From assembly GCA_052055015.1 (NCBI GenBank), contig JBQJIT010000083.1: DNA of 32,723 nucleotides; one strand, 5' to 3'. The stretch comes from Malassezia furfur (taxonomy: Eukaryota). Shown here in pieces: positions 10,653 through 21,665 of this stretch. The position numbers were made by a program, and so were the translations under genes. A model generated the notes under the pieces. The model was not told the origin of the DNA. It worked only from the letters and a program-made list of their open reading frames with translations, and made no database searches. Every line of letters starts with the position of its first letter. Position 1 is the stretch's first letter.

Positions 10653-11789
10653 CTACTTGGCTGCATCTACTTTTGCAAGCTGTTTCCATGCTTGGCGGGC
10701 CATTTCCTTAAATACGGTTTGGCCAGTGCGTGCAGGATCCGGACCCTCGGTGGCGGATTTTGGACGAATCACCTCCGGTACCCCCAAGTCCCCACCTTGG
10801 CTTACGTGCATCTCCAAAGGAACTCGCCCCAAGACGGGCGTTTGCAGTCGGTTTGCCAATGCATCAAACTTTTCACTGGAGCCAAAAATGGGGTATGTAG
10901 CGCCCGTATCCGGTGCCAAGAAGTGCGACATGTTGAGCACGAGACCCAGGATCTGAATGAGTGAAGAGACGTACAGGGACATTCACTTTCTGAAACATGG
11001 TAATTCCCTTCCTCGCATCAATGAGGGCCACATCTTGCGGTGTGCTCACAATCACTGCGCCATCTACCATGACGAGTTGACTGAGGCTCAATGCCACATC
11101 ACCCGTACCTGGCGGCATGTCAATGACGAGGACGTCGAGTCCTGGAAGCCCCGTGTCGGATGCATCCGTATCGGGCGTCACACCTGCGCGCCAGTCCACG
11201 TCAAACAGGAGCTGCTGTACGGCTTTCATCACCATCAAACCGCGCCAGACAACGGGTGTGTCAGCGTTAGAGCCTGACGTGGCCGGAGGCAGAAGGAAGC
11301 CCATAGACATGCAAGGGACGGAATAGTTGGTCATGGGAATGAGTGCACCCTCTGGTATTAACCTTCCACGTACGTTTCGAGAGTTCTGGCTCGCCCATGT
11401 CTTCGAGGTGCATCAATTTAGGGATACTCGGTCCATAGATGTCCAGGTCGAGCAGACCGACGCGCGCGCGACGTCCTAGCACCTCAGACGAGGTGGCTGC
11501 AAGCCCCAGGGCCAAATTGACCGCCACCGTGCTTTTCCCCACACCGCCCTTTCCGCTCGACACAGCGATCACTTTCTTTACATTGGGAATGGGCCGCTTG
11601 GAAGGCACCCCACTCCCCCGGCGGGGCATGGTTGGAGGAACGCGTTGGTTATTGCGTGGAAGGCCCTGTGTTACCAAAGAAACATACGAGGGGATTCTCA
11701 TGTGCTAATAGCGCTGTGGTCGCAAAGCTCCGGCGAGACACCAAGCATATGCCTGCACGGGCTTGGATGGCCCCTCGTACGGCGATCAT
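10653..11789 (-). CDS. IND1: Mitochondrial Mrp/NBP35-family P-loop NTPase Ind1 (NUBPL), complex I Fe-S assembly factor
   Basis: Presequence-like [25 protein letters not shown], then [44 protein letters not shown] and STPQDVAL. Three 22-nt introns: 11666-11687, 11352-11373, 10953-10974. Confidence 0.88.
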
Positions 11790-11869
11790 TACGACGGTGG
11801 GCGGAAATTCGCCAGATTGGCCCATTCGCGTCAACCCTCCACATCTCGAACGGCGTCCCTTCTCGGCAC

Positions 11870-13372
11870 ATGGGGTGGTGGGACGCGGTCAGTGCGGCGC
11901 TTGGCGCCGCAGGGATTGGATGGTATGTCGCTATCTGGACAATCTGCCTGCTCGGATGGTGCGTTGCTCACCAAAACTTTGGTAATTCGTACCCACGATC
12001 GCCATGGTCATCGATTCCGCCGCGCGAAGAAACCGAGGCACTCGCACGCGATGTGCCAAGCGAAGCGCCAGGTGTCTCGGTCCTGCGTCCCCTGGCTGGC
12101 CTTGATTGCAATTTGTTCACCAACCTGTGCTCCATCTTTGAGCAGGAATACCCGCGTGATCGCTTCGAAGTCTTGCTCAGTGTGATGTCCGAACAAGACC
12201 AGGCTTTGCCGGTCGCGCGCCAAGTCGTCGCGCGCTATCCGCACATTCCCAGCCAAATCATTGTTGGCGCGGTCGAGGATGCCGGTGTGAACCCCAAAAT
12301 CAACAACTTGGTGCGACCGTACGCGGAAGCGCGCTACGATATCGTCTGGGTGGTCGACAGCCAGGTGTGGCTGGGCCCTCAGGCCATGAGCCGCGCGGTC
12401 GACGCCCTCATGATGCAGCCCAAGGCACCACCGCCGTCCTTTCTGCACCGCAAGCCGCATGGTAGCCGTATTGGCATGGTGCACCACGTGCCCTTGGCTG
12501 TCCTCCCTGCGAACAGCTGGGGCTCCCACATTGAACGCGCGTTTCTCAGCACGACACACGCCAAGATGTATCTGGCCATCAATGCGGTCGCGATTGACAG
12601 TTGCGTAATGGGTAAGAGCAACATGTACCGCAAGAGCGATTTGGCCAAGGTGCCTGACTCGTTCTTTGACTACGAAGACGACGCCGAGGGCAGTCGCGCG
12701 TTTGAGGCGTCCAACGATAGACAAGGGGCCTTTGTACTGGACATGGCGCCGCGTGAGGATGTGGTGCTGTCCAAATCCCGGCCGCTGGCGCGTTTCGGTA
12801 TCTACCTTGCCGAAGACAATATGCTTGCCCTGAGTCTTTGGCGCCCGCCTCTGTCGCTCGCACACAGCATCGCACCTGGCAACGTGGCGCATGTCGCCGT
12901 GGGCGACATTCAGACGATACCCGAGTATGCCAAACGCCGGATGCGCTGGATCCGTGTACGGCGACACATGGTGCCGGCCGCGACATATGTGGAGCCGCTG
13001 ACCGAGAGCCTGATCGCAGGCTTGCTCGGCTGGCTCGGTGTGTATTCGTGGGTGCTGGTACCGCTGCTTGGCGCTCAGCAAGGTCGCAGCTACTGGGCCT
13101 TATTTGGCCTATTTTATGTGCTGCACCTCGTGGCGTGGTACTATGTCGACACCCAGGTGCTGCTGTCGCTGCAAGGCGGCCATCCCCTGCCCGACGCCGA
13201 GCGCCGCTACTTCTTCCCCGCGTGGTGCATGCGTGAGCTGCTTGCGTTTCCGATCTGGCTCTGGGCGATGGCGGGCTCGACGGTCACCTGGCGTGGCAAG
13301 CGCTATCGTATCCTACAGGACGCGCGCGCCGCGCGGCTGGAGCCGCGGCGTGCCGGAACCTTGGCAGACTAA
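11870..13372 (+). CDS. GCS1: Glucosylceramide synthase (ceramide glucosyltransferase, GT21)
   Basis: N-terminal TM from ATG 11870, then GVSVLRPLAG, NPKINNL, WVVDS, LAEDNM and RRMRWIRVR (D, D, D, RxxRW motifs). Confidence 0.92.
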   Translation: MGWWDAVSAALGAAGIGWYVAIWTICLLGWCVAHQNFGNSYPRSPWSSIPPREETEALARDVPSEAPGVSVLRPLAGLDCNLFTNLCSIFEQEYPRDRFEVLLSVMSEQDQALPVARQVVARYPHIPSQIIVGAVEDAGVNPKINNLVRPYAEARYDIVWVVDSQVWLGPQAMSRAVDALMMQPKAPPPSFLHRKPHGSRIGMVHHVPLAVLPANSWGSHIERAFLSTTHAKMYLAINAVAIDSCVMGKSNMYRKSDLAKVPDSFFDYEDDAEGSRAFEASNDRQGAFVLDMAPREDVVLSKSRPLARFGIYLAEDNMLALSLWRPPLSLAHSIAPGNVAHVAVGDIQTIPEYAKRRMRWIRVRRHMVPAATYVEPLTESLIAGLLGWLGVYSWVLVPLLGAQQGRSYWALFGLFYVLHLVAWYYVDTQVLLSLQGGHPLPDAERRYFFPAWCMRELLAFPIWLWAMAGSTVTWRGKRYRILQDARAARLEPRRAGTLAD

Positions 13373-15241
13373 GCGAGGGCCGCATCCACCTCGCGTGCCC
13401 AGCGGCGTTGCAGGTCGATGCATTCATGGAAGATCTGTGTAAGTGTAGGTAGCACGTACCTTGTACTTGGCTGCGAGCAATGCCTGGATTTTGCCGCCAT
13501 CACTCGTCGGCTGCACAATGTGGCCCGGTTTTGTGGAACGCGCCATAATCTGCCAGAGGCGCTCGGCGTACTTTTCGCCGAGCGTCTGCGCGTCTTGCTG
13601 CGAGCTCAGCACGGGCTCCGCGACCCGCTCAGCACCGCGGCATTCGGCCGTGATTTCCGCGGCGAGCTGGCCCAGGACGGCCGAGCCGGTCACGACGCTT
13701 TCCGACGCCTCGGATGGGACTTGGACACGGATGTTGCACGCGTCTGCAATCAGCTGGGCATACACCAAGTTGCGGGCTTGTCCGCCGCCCGATAGGTAGA
13801 TGGCGTCAATTTTGTGGCCGGCCTTGTTCATCTCGTCGACAATGTGGCGCGTCTGAAGCGCAATCGCCTCGAGCGTCAGCACATAACGCCGCGCAAGATC
13901 GTTGCGGGAACGGTCGAGCGTGAGGCCGCTGATCATACCGCGCAGCGACGGATCAGCAAGCGGCGAACGATTTCCGTAAAAGTCGGGATACATGTGCATG
14001 TGCTTCACCAGATACACAAACGAGGCTGGCGAGGTGACTGGCAAGTTAAGCGCCTGCATCTGCTTCTCCAGCGAGTCCTGCAGCAAGTCGTAAATGGAAC
14101 GGTTGGCCGCTTTTGCATCCGACTTCAGTGCAGGGTACGCCGGGTGCGTTTCGAGCACATAGTCGATCAGCTGGCCGGTCGAGCTCTGCCCGCCCTCGTT
14201 CATCCACAGGTTGGGGAACACGGCGTTCTTGTAAGGACCCCACACCCCCTCGACGCGAATGCCGTCGGCGCTCTGCACACAGTAGCACGTACTGGTCCCT
14301 GCGATCGCAACGAGGCGAGTGCCTGCGTCCTGGAGAGTCGCATTCGTGCACGGCGTCTTGTCGCTCCCCGCAGCCACCGTGCCGACCCAACCTGCGTACG
14401 CATCGATCAGCGCCGAGGCGACCGGCGTGTGCGGGAGCAGTCCCAGCTCGCTGGCGGCCTGCTCCGACAGCCCACTACCAACCGGCATGCCGGCGGTGAG
14501 CACGAGCCCATTCTTCCCAGGGACGCCGCCGAGCGCGACAAAGTCGTTGTCCGGCCCAGCGAGCGACCCCAGGCCGATCTGTTCGAGAAAGTCGGGCTGC
14601 CACCCGAGCTCGCTGCCTGCGACGCCCGGAGGAATGTAGCCGCACTTGCACACGAGGCTGCAGTTGGATCGCGGCGGTGCGCCTGTGGCCCGGCACGTCA
14701 GGTAGTCGGGCAGGTCAAAGAACCGGCACTGGTCAAACGTAGCCGCATCGAGGTGCCGCTTGAGCCAGAGGGTCTTGGGCATCTCCATCTCGAGCGACAT
14801 CGTGCCGCCGACGTAGTCGAGCACCTTGTGCTTGGTCGCATTGATATCCCGCGCCTCGTCTTCTGCGCGGTGGTCCGCCCAGAGGATTACATTGCGTTCC
14901 GACACGTCTGCGTCCGGATTCGCACTGCGTTCCGTGGGCGGTGTGACGCTGACCGGCTTTCCGTCCGCGTCTGTGACGACGAGGCTGCATGTCGCGTCGA
15001 AACCGAGCCCGTGCACCTGCTCGGGCGCGACGTGGGCCTCCTGCACGACCTTGCGAACGCAAGCGGCGATCGCCGACCAGATCTGCGCCGCGGACTGTTC
15101 GTACAGGCGGCTATCGCTTTCATAGCGCCATGTCGAGATGGATTCTGCGGCCTGTGCAACGATCTGTCCGCCTTCCTGAACCAGCGCTGCGCGGGCCGAT
15201 CCGGTGCCGACGTCGACGCCTACGTAATACCGGGGTGTCAT
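13369..15241 (-). CDS. FGGY-family carbohydrate kinase (D-ribulokinase, YDR109C-like)
   Basis: [50 protein letters not shown] and DFYGNRSP. A 25-nt intron (13435-13459) gives the C-terminus [21 protein letters not shown]. Confidence 0.92.
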
Positions 15242-15313
15242 GGTGGCTCGAGCGCCGGAAGACCACGTGATTTCCGGGAGCCGTGCGTTCGGAAGGGCAC
15301 ACGACTCACTATC

Positions 15314-16471
15314 ATGTCGACGGAAGGAAAGACGATCACTTGCAAGGCCGCGATCGCGTGGGAGGCTGGCAAGCCCCTCAGCGTCGAGGACGTGAATGTG
15401 GCTGCGCCGCGTGCTGGCGAGGTGCGTGTGCACGTCCTGTACAACGGTCTGTGCCACACGGACGTCTACACGCTTTCGGGCAAGGACCCCGAAGGCCAGT
15501 TCCCGGCGATCCTCGGCCACGAAGGTGCCGGTGTGGTCGAGTCGATCGGCGAGGGCGTCGAGACGGTGAAGCCGGGCGACCATGTGGTGCTGCTGTACAC
15601 GGCCGAGTGCGGCAAGTGCAAGTTCTGCACGTCGGGCAAGACGAACCTGTGCCAGGCTGTGCGTGCGACGCAGGGTCAGGGTGTGATGCCCGATGGCACG
15701 AAGCGCTTCACGTCTGCGCGCACGGGCCAGGAGCTGTTCCACTTCATGGGCACGTCGAGCCTGAGCCAGTACACGGTGGTGTCGCAGTACTCGCTCGTGG
15801 CCGTCGACGCCAAGGCGCCGATGGACCGCACCTGCCTGCTGGGCTGTGGTGTGACGACCGGCTATGGCGCGGCGGTGTACACCGCCAAGGTCGAGCAGGG
15901 CTCGACGGTCGCCGTATTCGGTGTGGGCTGTGTGGGCCTGGCCGTGATCCGCGGCGCCAAGGAGCGCGGTGCATCGCGCATCATTGCCGTCGATCTCAAC
16001 CCCGCCAAGGAAGCGTGGGCGAAGAAGTTTGGCGCGACCGACTTTGTTAACCCCAAGGACCTCAAGGGCGATGGCAAGAGCGACCCGGTTGTCGCGAAGC
16101 TTGTGGAGATAACCGACGGCGGCCTGGACTTCACGTTCGACTGCACGGGCAACGTCGCGGTGATGCGCACGGCGCTGGAGGCGTGCCACAAGGGCTGGGG
16201 TGTGTCGACGGTGATTGGCGTGGCGGCGGCCGGCGAGGAGATCTCCACGCGCCCCTTCCAGCTGGTCACGGGCCGCAAGTGGCAGGGCTCGGCGTTCGGC
16301 GGTGTCAAGGGCCGCACGCAGCTGCCCGGCATGGTGGAGCGCTACGTCGAGGGCACGTTCCCGATCGACGACTACGTCACGCACAAGGTGTCGCTCACCG
16401 ACGTGAACAAGGGCCTCGAGTACATGAAGGACGGCGAGTGCATCCGCTGCGTCGTGAACATGTCCGAGTGA
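15314..16471 (+). CDS. SFA1: S-(hydroxymethyl)glutathione dehydrogenase (class III ADH / GSNO reductase)
   Basis: [45 protein letters not shown], structural zinc CGKCKFC...C, and RPFQLVTGR. Confidence 0.96.
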   Translation: MSTEGKTITCKAAIAWEAGKPLSVEDVNVAAPRAGEVRVHVLYNGLCHTDVYTLSGKDPEGQFPAILGHEGAGVVESIGEGVETVKPGDHVVLLYTAECGKCKFCTSGKTNLCQAVRATQGQGVMPDGTKRFTSARTGQELFHFMGTSSLSQYTVVSQYSLVAVDAKAPMDRTCLLGCGVTTGYGAAVYTAKVEQGSTVAVFGVGCVGLAVIRGAKERGASRIIAVDLNPAKEAWAKKFGATDFVNPKDLKGDGKSDPVVAKLVEITDGGLDFTFDCTGNVAVMRTALEACHKGWGVSTVIGVAAAGEEISTRPFQLVTGRKWQGSAFGGVKGRTQLPGMVERYVEGTFPIDDYVTHKVSLTDVNKGLEYMKDGECIRCVVNMSE

Positions 16472-16501
16472 CGTTTTGGTAACTAGTGCCCGTATGTACA
16501 C

Positions 16502-18705
16502 CTACTCGTTCCGAGTATATGCTGGGGGTAAATCGAGCGGCGGCGGCAGCGGACTGGGGCTCCTGTTGGTGCCCAAGTGCCCGCTGCCAAGCTGCCGCGA
16601 CGACGAGAGGCCCGGGGTGCCCATGTGCGGCGGCGGCGCCCACGTCGCGCGGTCGGTGTGCACGCCGCCGTTGGGGAGCGCGTCGCTGGGCGAATTTTCG
16701 GCAGAGGGCAGCTCGCCGACCTTGCCGTTGTGCCGCACGCGGTCGAGCAGCAGCTCCGACGGGTCCGGCGGCGGGAGCATGGCGCGCTCGGCGCGCGAGA
16801 GGTCCGCAAGGCTCATGCCGCACACGCACATGTCGTGGGACTCGCCGCGGTCCTGGTTGGCACGCACGATTTGGTCCCAGCCGGAGAAGCCGTGGTTGAG
16901 CGCCGGCGGATGCTCCTCGCTGGTCTCCTTTGGCGTGTACGCGGGGAGGGTCACGGCGTCCAACGCGCAGCAGCACGAGGGGATGAGGATGTTTTGCCGC
17001 AGCGTAAACACCTTGAGCTTGCGCTTCCCCTCCGGGGTCAGGCAGTCGGGCACCGACGGGTCGTCGCGGCTGTGCACGACCTCGACGACGAGCACGTGGT
17101 GGAAGCGCAGCGCGGAGCGCGTGCCGGGGACCGTGCTGGGGCGGATGGCGTTGTCGTCGGGGATGCGCGCGACGCCCTGCACGGTCCACGCATGGTCCGT
17201 GCCCGCATAGCGCACGTAGCCCGGCAGCTGGTCGGCGTTTTCGCCCATCGCCAGGTCCTGGCCCGCGACGTGCCCCTGCTCAAAGAGCTTGCGCTTCTGC
17301 ACGGGGACATACTGCTTGCCCTTGCGCTTGGTGTGCAGCTCGATCGTGGTGTGCAACGACACGCGCACCATGTACACGATCAAATCGATCGGCGGCGAGG
17401 GGCTGTGCACGTCGATGTTGAACAGCCCACCGACCGAGATGTTGTTCGAGGTGCATGCGATCGAGAGCATGCCGACGGTCGAGTGTATGTTGTTGTACAG
17501 CACGATCAGCGGCGTCATGCCCCCGTCCGGCGCGGGGTTCACCATCGGGAAGAACTCTTTCCACTCCTCGACGTTGCTCTTGGCGCGCCCGGCGCCCAGC
17601 GCCGTGACCTTGACGAGGTACTTGATCTTGCCGAACGGGCTGCGGTCGTACGGCGGCGCATCGGCCGGGATGATGAACGCAAACTCGAACGCATGCACGC
17701 CCTTGCTCAGCTCGAGTCCGTCTTCGTTCTGGTCGTGCACCACAAAGTCGACTGCCTTGGTCTTGGAGCGCCCACGCGTCTCGTCTTCGGGCGAGTAGCT
17801 GCGCTGCACACTCGGCGTCCGCACGCCCGAGTCGAAGCCGCGGTGCACCGAGCGGCTCCGGCTGCGCTCCGAGTGGTCGCGCGTCGAGACCTCCTGGCCC
17901 CCGGGCGGCAGCGGCCGCCCACGCGAGTCATGCTCCTCAAGCGCCAAATTGATGCGGTTGAAGTCGTCCTCGGAGATGGGCGTGCCCCGTGCGTCGGTGC
18001 GCACGGGCGACAGCACCGTATCCGAGCCCTGCCCGGAATCGCGCTCGTTGGGCGTCGGCGAACGGTTCCGCGAGTGCGACACGCTGGAGTCACGGTAAAA
18101 CAGCCCCGAGCGCCCGCGCGATTGCGGACGCGGCGACTCGGACGCCGACGGGGAGTGCTCGCCACGGAACGGCGCACGCCCGCGCGACACGCCACGCACC
18201 ATGCTCTTGAACACGCCGCCACTCTCGTGGTGCCGGCCCTCGTGCCGGCCCAGCTCGTAGCGTGGCAGCTCGGGATGGCGCCCACCGCCGCCGTAGTGCG
18301 TCGACGGACTGCGGGGTCGGGCGACGCTCTGCGACGCCTCACGATGCGGATTCAGCTTAGAGAGGCGCATCGGGACGCCAATCTCGAGCGTGCGTTCCAT
18401 CAGCGTCGAGTTCTCCCAGGTGGTCGGCACGTAGTTGAACGACGAGTCGAGCACCGCGATCGACTGCGTTACTTTGAGCTGCACGCGGATGCCATCGATG
18501 TGCCGGGCCGACTGGTGTGAGCGGGTCCACATACCGGAACATAGAGGTGGATAATCCCACGCACCAGCTCGTCGTTCGACATCGGCGGCAGCTCGTGCGT
18601 GCGGTGATCATGATCGCCGCTCGGGTTCTGGGGCGGCCGGAGGAAGACGACGTTCTGGATGAAGTTGACCTTGATTTCACAAGGCTGGAAGAGCGTCGAG
18701 AGCAT
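16502..18705 (-). CDS. Alpha-arrestin-like Rsp5 adaptor
   Basis: Exon 1 MLSTLFQPCEIKVNFIQNVVFLRPP, then a 23-nt intron (18512-18534). Arrestin-like GVHAFEFAFIIP...GKIKYLVKV, with PY motifs LPAY and C-terminal PPAY. Confidence 0.75.
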
Positions 18706-18926
18706 CCTGGAAGACTGTTCGTCGGGCTACCACGGTGCCTGCACCTCGTCTTGGTATATGGAGAAAATTCGTGGACCCGAGCTTATCAAGGTAAGAAAGG
18801 ACACGTTGCTCGGATCCACTGCCGCGCCGGTGCTTAAACTTTACCCGGAAATTTCGTTCCTGCCAGGCGCATGGGCACCTGCAGGGCCCTCACACCTCCA
18901 CTTACCCACCACGCGCCTTGGCCCCC

Positions 18927-19700
18927 ATGGACGTCCAAGCACGCGCTGACGCGCTGCGGCTCGCGGAGCAGCGGAAGCGGATCGACGCCGAGCTTGTACG
19001 TGCACATCATTAATCTAGTCCGCACAAAGCGCACTATTGGAATCAGTACGTGCACAGCTGAGCTAAAACAGCGCAACGTCACGATGACGTCGCCCCTCGT
19101 CGACGCCGACGGGTTTCCCTTGCCAGGTCTTGACATCGCTGCGGTGCGCACAGCACGCCAACAGATTCGTATGCTCACAAACGACCGTCAAAAAATCGAC
19201 GCGCAGCTCAAGGCACTGCTCGAATGCGCACTCGGTCAGAAGTCCAGCACCGGCACAGCATCCGCCGCCGGCGATACCATGCGCATGCGCAACGATGCGC
19301 GGTCCTCGGACACGCCTATGGACGTTGATGCGCACACCACGGCGCCTGTTTCTACCGCCGACGATACCCGCCACACAGACACCCCCGTCGTGCAGCCACG
19401 CCCCATCGCTGTACGCTCCGTCAGCCCAGAGAGTCCCGCTGCGGCTGCGGGACTGAAAGCAGGCGATACACTGACCGCATTTGGCGACCTGCAGCATGTC
19501 ACGTCGGCTCACTTTTCGCAACTCGCGAGCCAGGTGCGCGACGGCGTCAGCATCCCTGTAGGGGTGGAGCGTATCGCTGACGACGGGCGAAAAGTGCTCC
19601 TCACGCTGACACTAACACCTTCGTCTACGTGGGGAGGCCGCGGGATGCTTGGGTACGTCGTGCGGAACGCTCACCTAGCTGCCATTTGGTCCCTACGTAG
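18927..19700 (+). CDS. NAS2: Proteasome assembly chaperone Nas2/PSMD9 (p27)
   Basis: Introns 18996-19018, 19046-19071 and 19653-19678 give MDVQARADALRLAEQRKRIDAEL...SPLVDADGFP, a PDZ-like SPAAAAGLKAGD and WGGRGMLGCHLVPT*. Confidence 0.9.
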
Positions 19701-19763
19701 GCTACCCAATAGACGCCTTATTTCCCCGCTTAATTTTGCTTCGCTTCGCTTGCCACAGACGCA

Positions 19764-20615
19764 ATGTCGAATTCGGCGCCAAGCAGCGGCTGGCTCAAGG
19801 CGTGCAATATCCTTAGCTACCTCTTCTTTACCTCATCCAACCTGTATGCAGGGCTCGGTGGAGACAGCGTGCGGCTGGGGAAGCCAGTGCAGACCTATCT
19901 GACGCCGGCCCAGTGGCTCTTTGGCGTCTGGTCATTGATCAACTTCTTGTTCCTTGGCCTGCTCGTCTATCAGTTCACGCCGCGCGGCGGCAAAGCGGTC
20001 ACGGAGCAGCTTGGATGGCGCTTCCCCGCACTGTTTGTGCTCAACTCGCTGTACACTACACTGTTCTCGCTGCAGGGATCGCGTTTGCTCAACCTCCTCG
20101 CCTTTCTCGTTCTGTGTCTCGTCGCTGGGATGGTGAGCTATCTGTATGGCTCGCTGCGCACAGGTCCTGAGCCAGAGAACTGGATGGACCGCTACCTTGT
20201 GCACCTTCCCTTCTCGCTGTACCACGGCTTCATCGTTGTGGTGTTCTTCGTCGCAGCATTCACCGTGTTCGGTACGGATGCCAACGCGCACAAGGCGGGG
20301 ATCGTGACCAAGATTCTCGTGTTTATCACCCTCTTCTTCCTCGAGAGCACCGCGGCCGGCTACGTTTTCTACGGGAATGGCGACATTGCCGGTGCTTCCG
20401 TAATCTCACTGGGCCTGCTGGCCATCTTTGACGAGCAGCGCAGCTCCAAGTTTATTCATTGGTCGGCATTGTGCGTATAACTACTAATGTACAGTGTCTT
20501 TTTCGTGATCTCCTTTATCGCCGTTCTCCGTGCTGTGGCTGCAGCGTACCAGGCGCAACGCAGTGCGATCCCTGTGCGTGCGTCCGACGAAGAAGCCGCG
20601 CCACTAATCCACTGA
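19764..20615 (+). CDS. Multi-pass membrane protein of unknown function (TspO-like TPAxWxFxxW motif), probably vacuolar
   Basis: Several hydrophobic helices. A 24-nt intron (20471-20494) yields a C-terminal acidic dileucine-type signal DEEAAPLIH*. Confidence 0.7.
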
Positions 20616-20621
20616 GCGCGT

Positions 20622-21547
20622 TCACTTCTTCCGCTCGTTGGACCATTTGTATTGTTTCTTAGTTCGCGTAGCATTTGGGTCCTCGTCGTCGTCCCGCGAG
20701 GGCTCGACGACCAGGCCGTGAGGGGTAATTCGAGCACCATCCTTGGACACGGCTTCCTTCAGTTCACGCGCCACCTTCTTCGGCACCGCATGCGAGCCGC
20801 GCGTCGTCATCAACGAGCGCACCGTATCGAGCTTTTGCGAGGCCTCCGTGAGCGCATCCAATCGGCGCTGACGCGTAGCCAATTCGCGGATCAAAATACC
20901 AAGCTGCCGTTCGCCCGTCTTCTCCACGGCCGTGGGCGGCTCGGCAGGCGCCTTGGGCTTTTGGTGCGCCTTGGCCGTAGGTTTCACTGGGTCAGCAAAA
21001 AGCACATACATTCGTCCACATCGTCCACCCAGACGGTCTTTTGGCCAAAGCCCTGCACGCGTGCGTTGGCTTTGCCTGGTTTCGACCCCTGCGTCGATGC
21101 CTCACCGAGCAGCTCAGCGCGACGCAGCGTCGTGACAAATTCGGGCTTCCGCTCCAGCCACTCGGTGCGCATCCCTGGAACACGTGGCGCGAGCTGTTCG
21201 ACAAGCGCAGCGATGCGTTTCCGTTCGGTCACGAGCTGCTTACGGAGGTAGCCCGCGTCCTGTGTCTTGAGCAAAGCGACGACATCATTCGGGAGTGCCT
21301 TGTTTCCACGCGAGGAAACGTGCACGCCACCCTCGGTCTTGGTACCGATCATCCCCGTATAGAACTCATCCTCGTTCTTGTTGGCGGCTTTCTCGCGCAG
21401 CCGCTTAAGCTTGTCGCGCTTGACATGGTGGGCGCGCGCACGCTCGACATAATCCTTGTGCTTCTCAAGCAGACCGAGCCGTTTGCGGTGCTCTGGCTGG
21501 CTGCGCTCCTTGTGGTTACGGCGCTGGACGTAGTTTCGGAGCGCCAT
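20622..21547 (-). CDS. UTP11: U3 snoRNP / SSU processome protein Utp11
   Basis: MALRNYVQRRNHKERSQPEHRKRLGLLEKHKDY...KNEDEFY...LKTQDAGYL and C-terminal YKWSNERKK; 23-nt intron 20987-21009. Confidence 0.95.
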
Positions 21548-21665
21548 GGCGTGCGGTGGTGGGAGGCGGCGCCAAAAAAAGTGGCGGCCACGTGATGCAT
21601 CGTGCCATTCTCCACAAAGTGGAGCTGATAAGAGTACATGCATATGAGACTCTGTGCGTTCCACG

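Noticed and set aside
11645..11869. N-terminal extension of glucosylceramide synthase in the ORF track
   Set aside because: It has a non-ATG start and overlaps IND1 exon 1; ATG 11870 directly precedes the expected N-terminal TM.
13424..16501. 1025-aa and 885-aa ORFs that look like fusion proteins on both strands
   Set aside because: Each is a real gene (FGGY kinase or SFA1) plus the antisense shadow of the other, read through a stop-free 72-nt gap. The true starts are 15241 and 15314.
16577..18520. 647-aa plus-strand ORF
   Set aside because: Antisense shadow of the arrestin gene.
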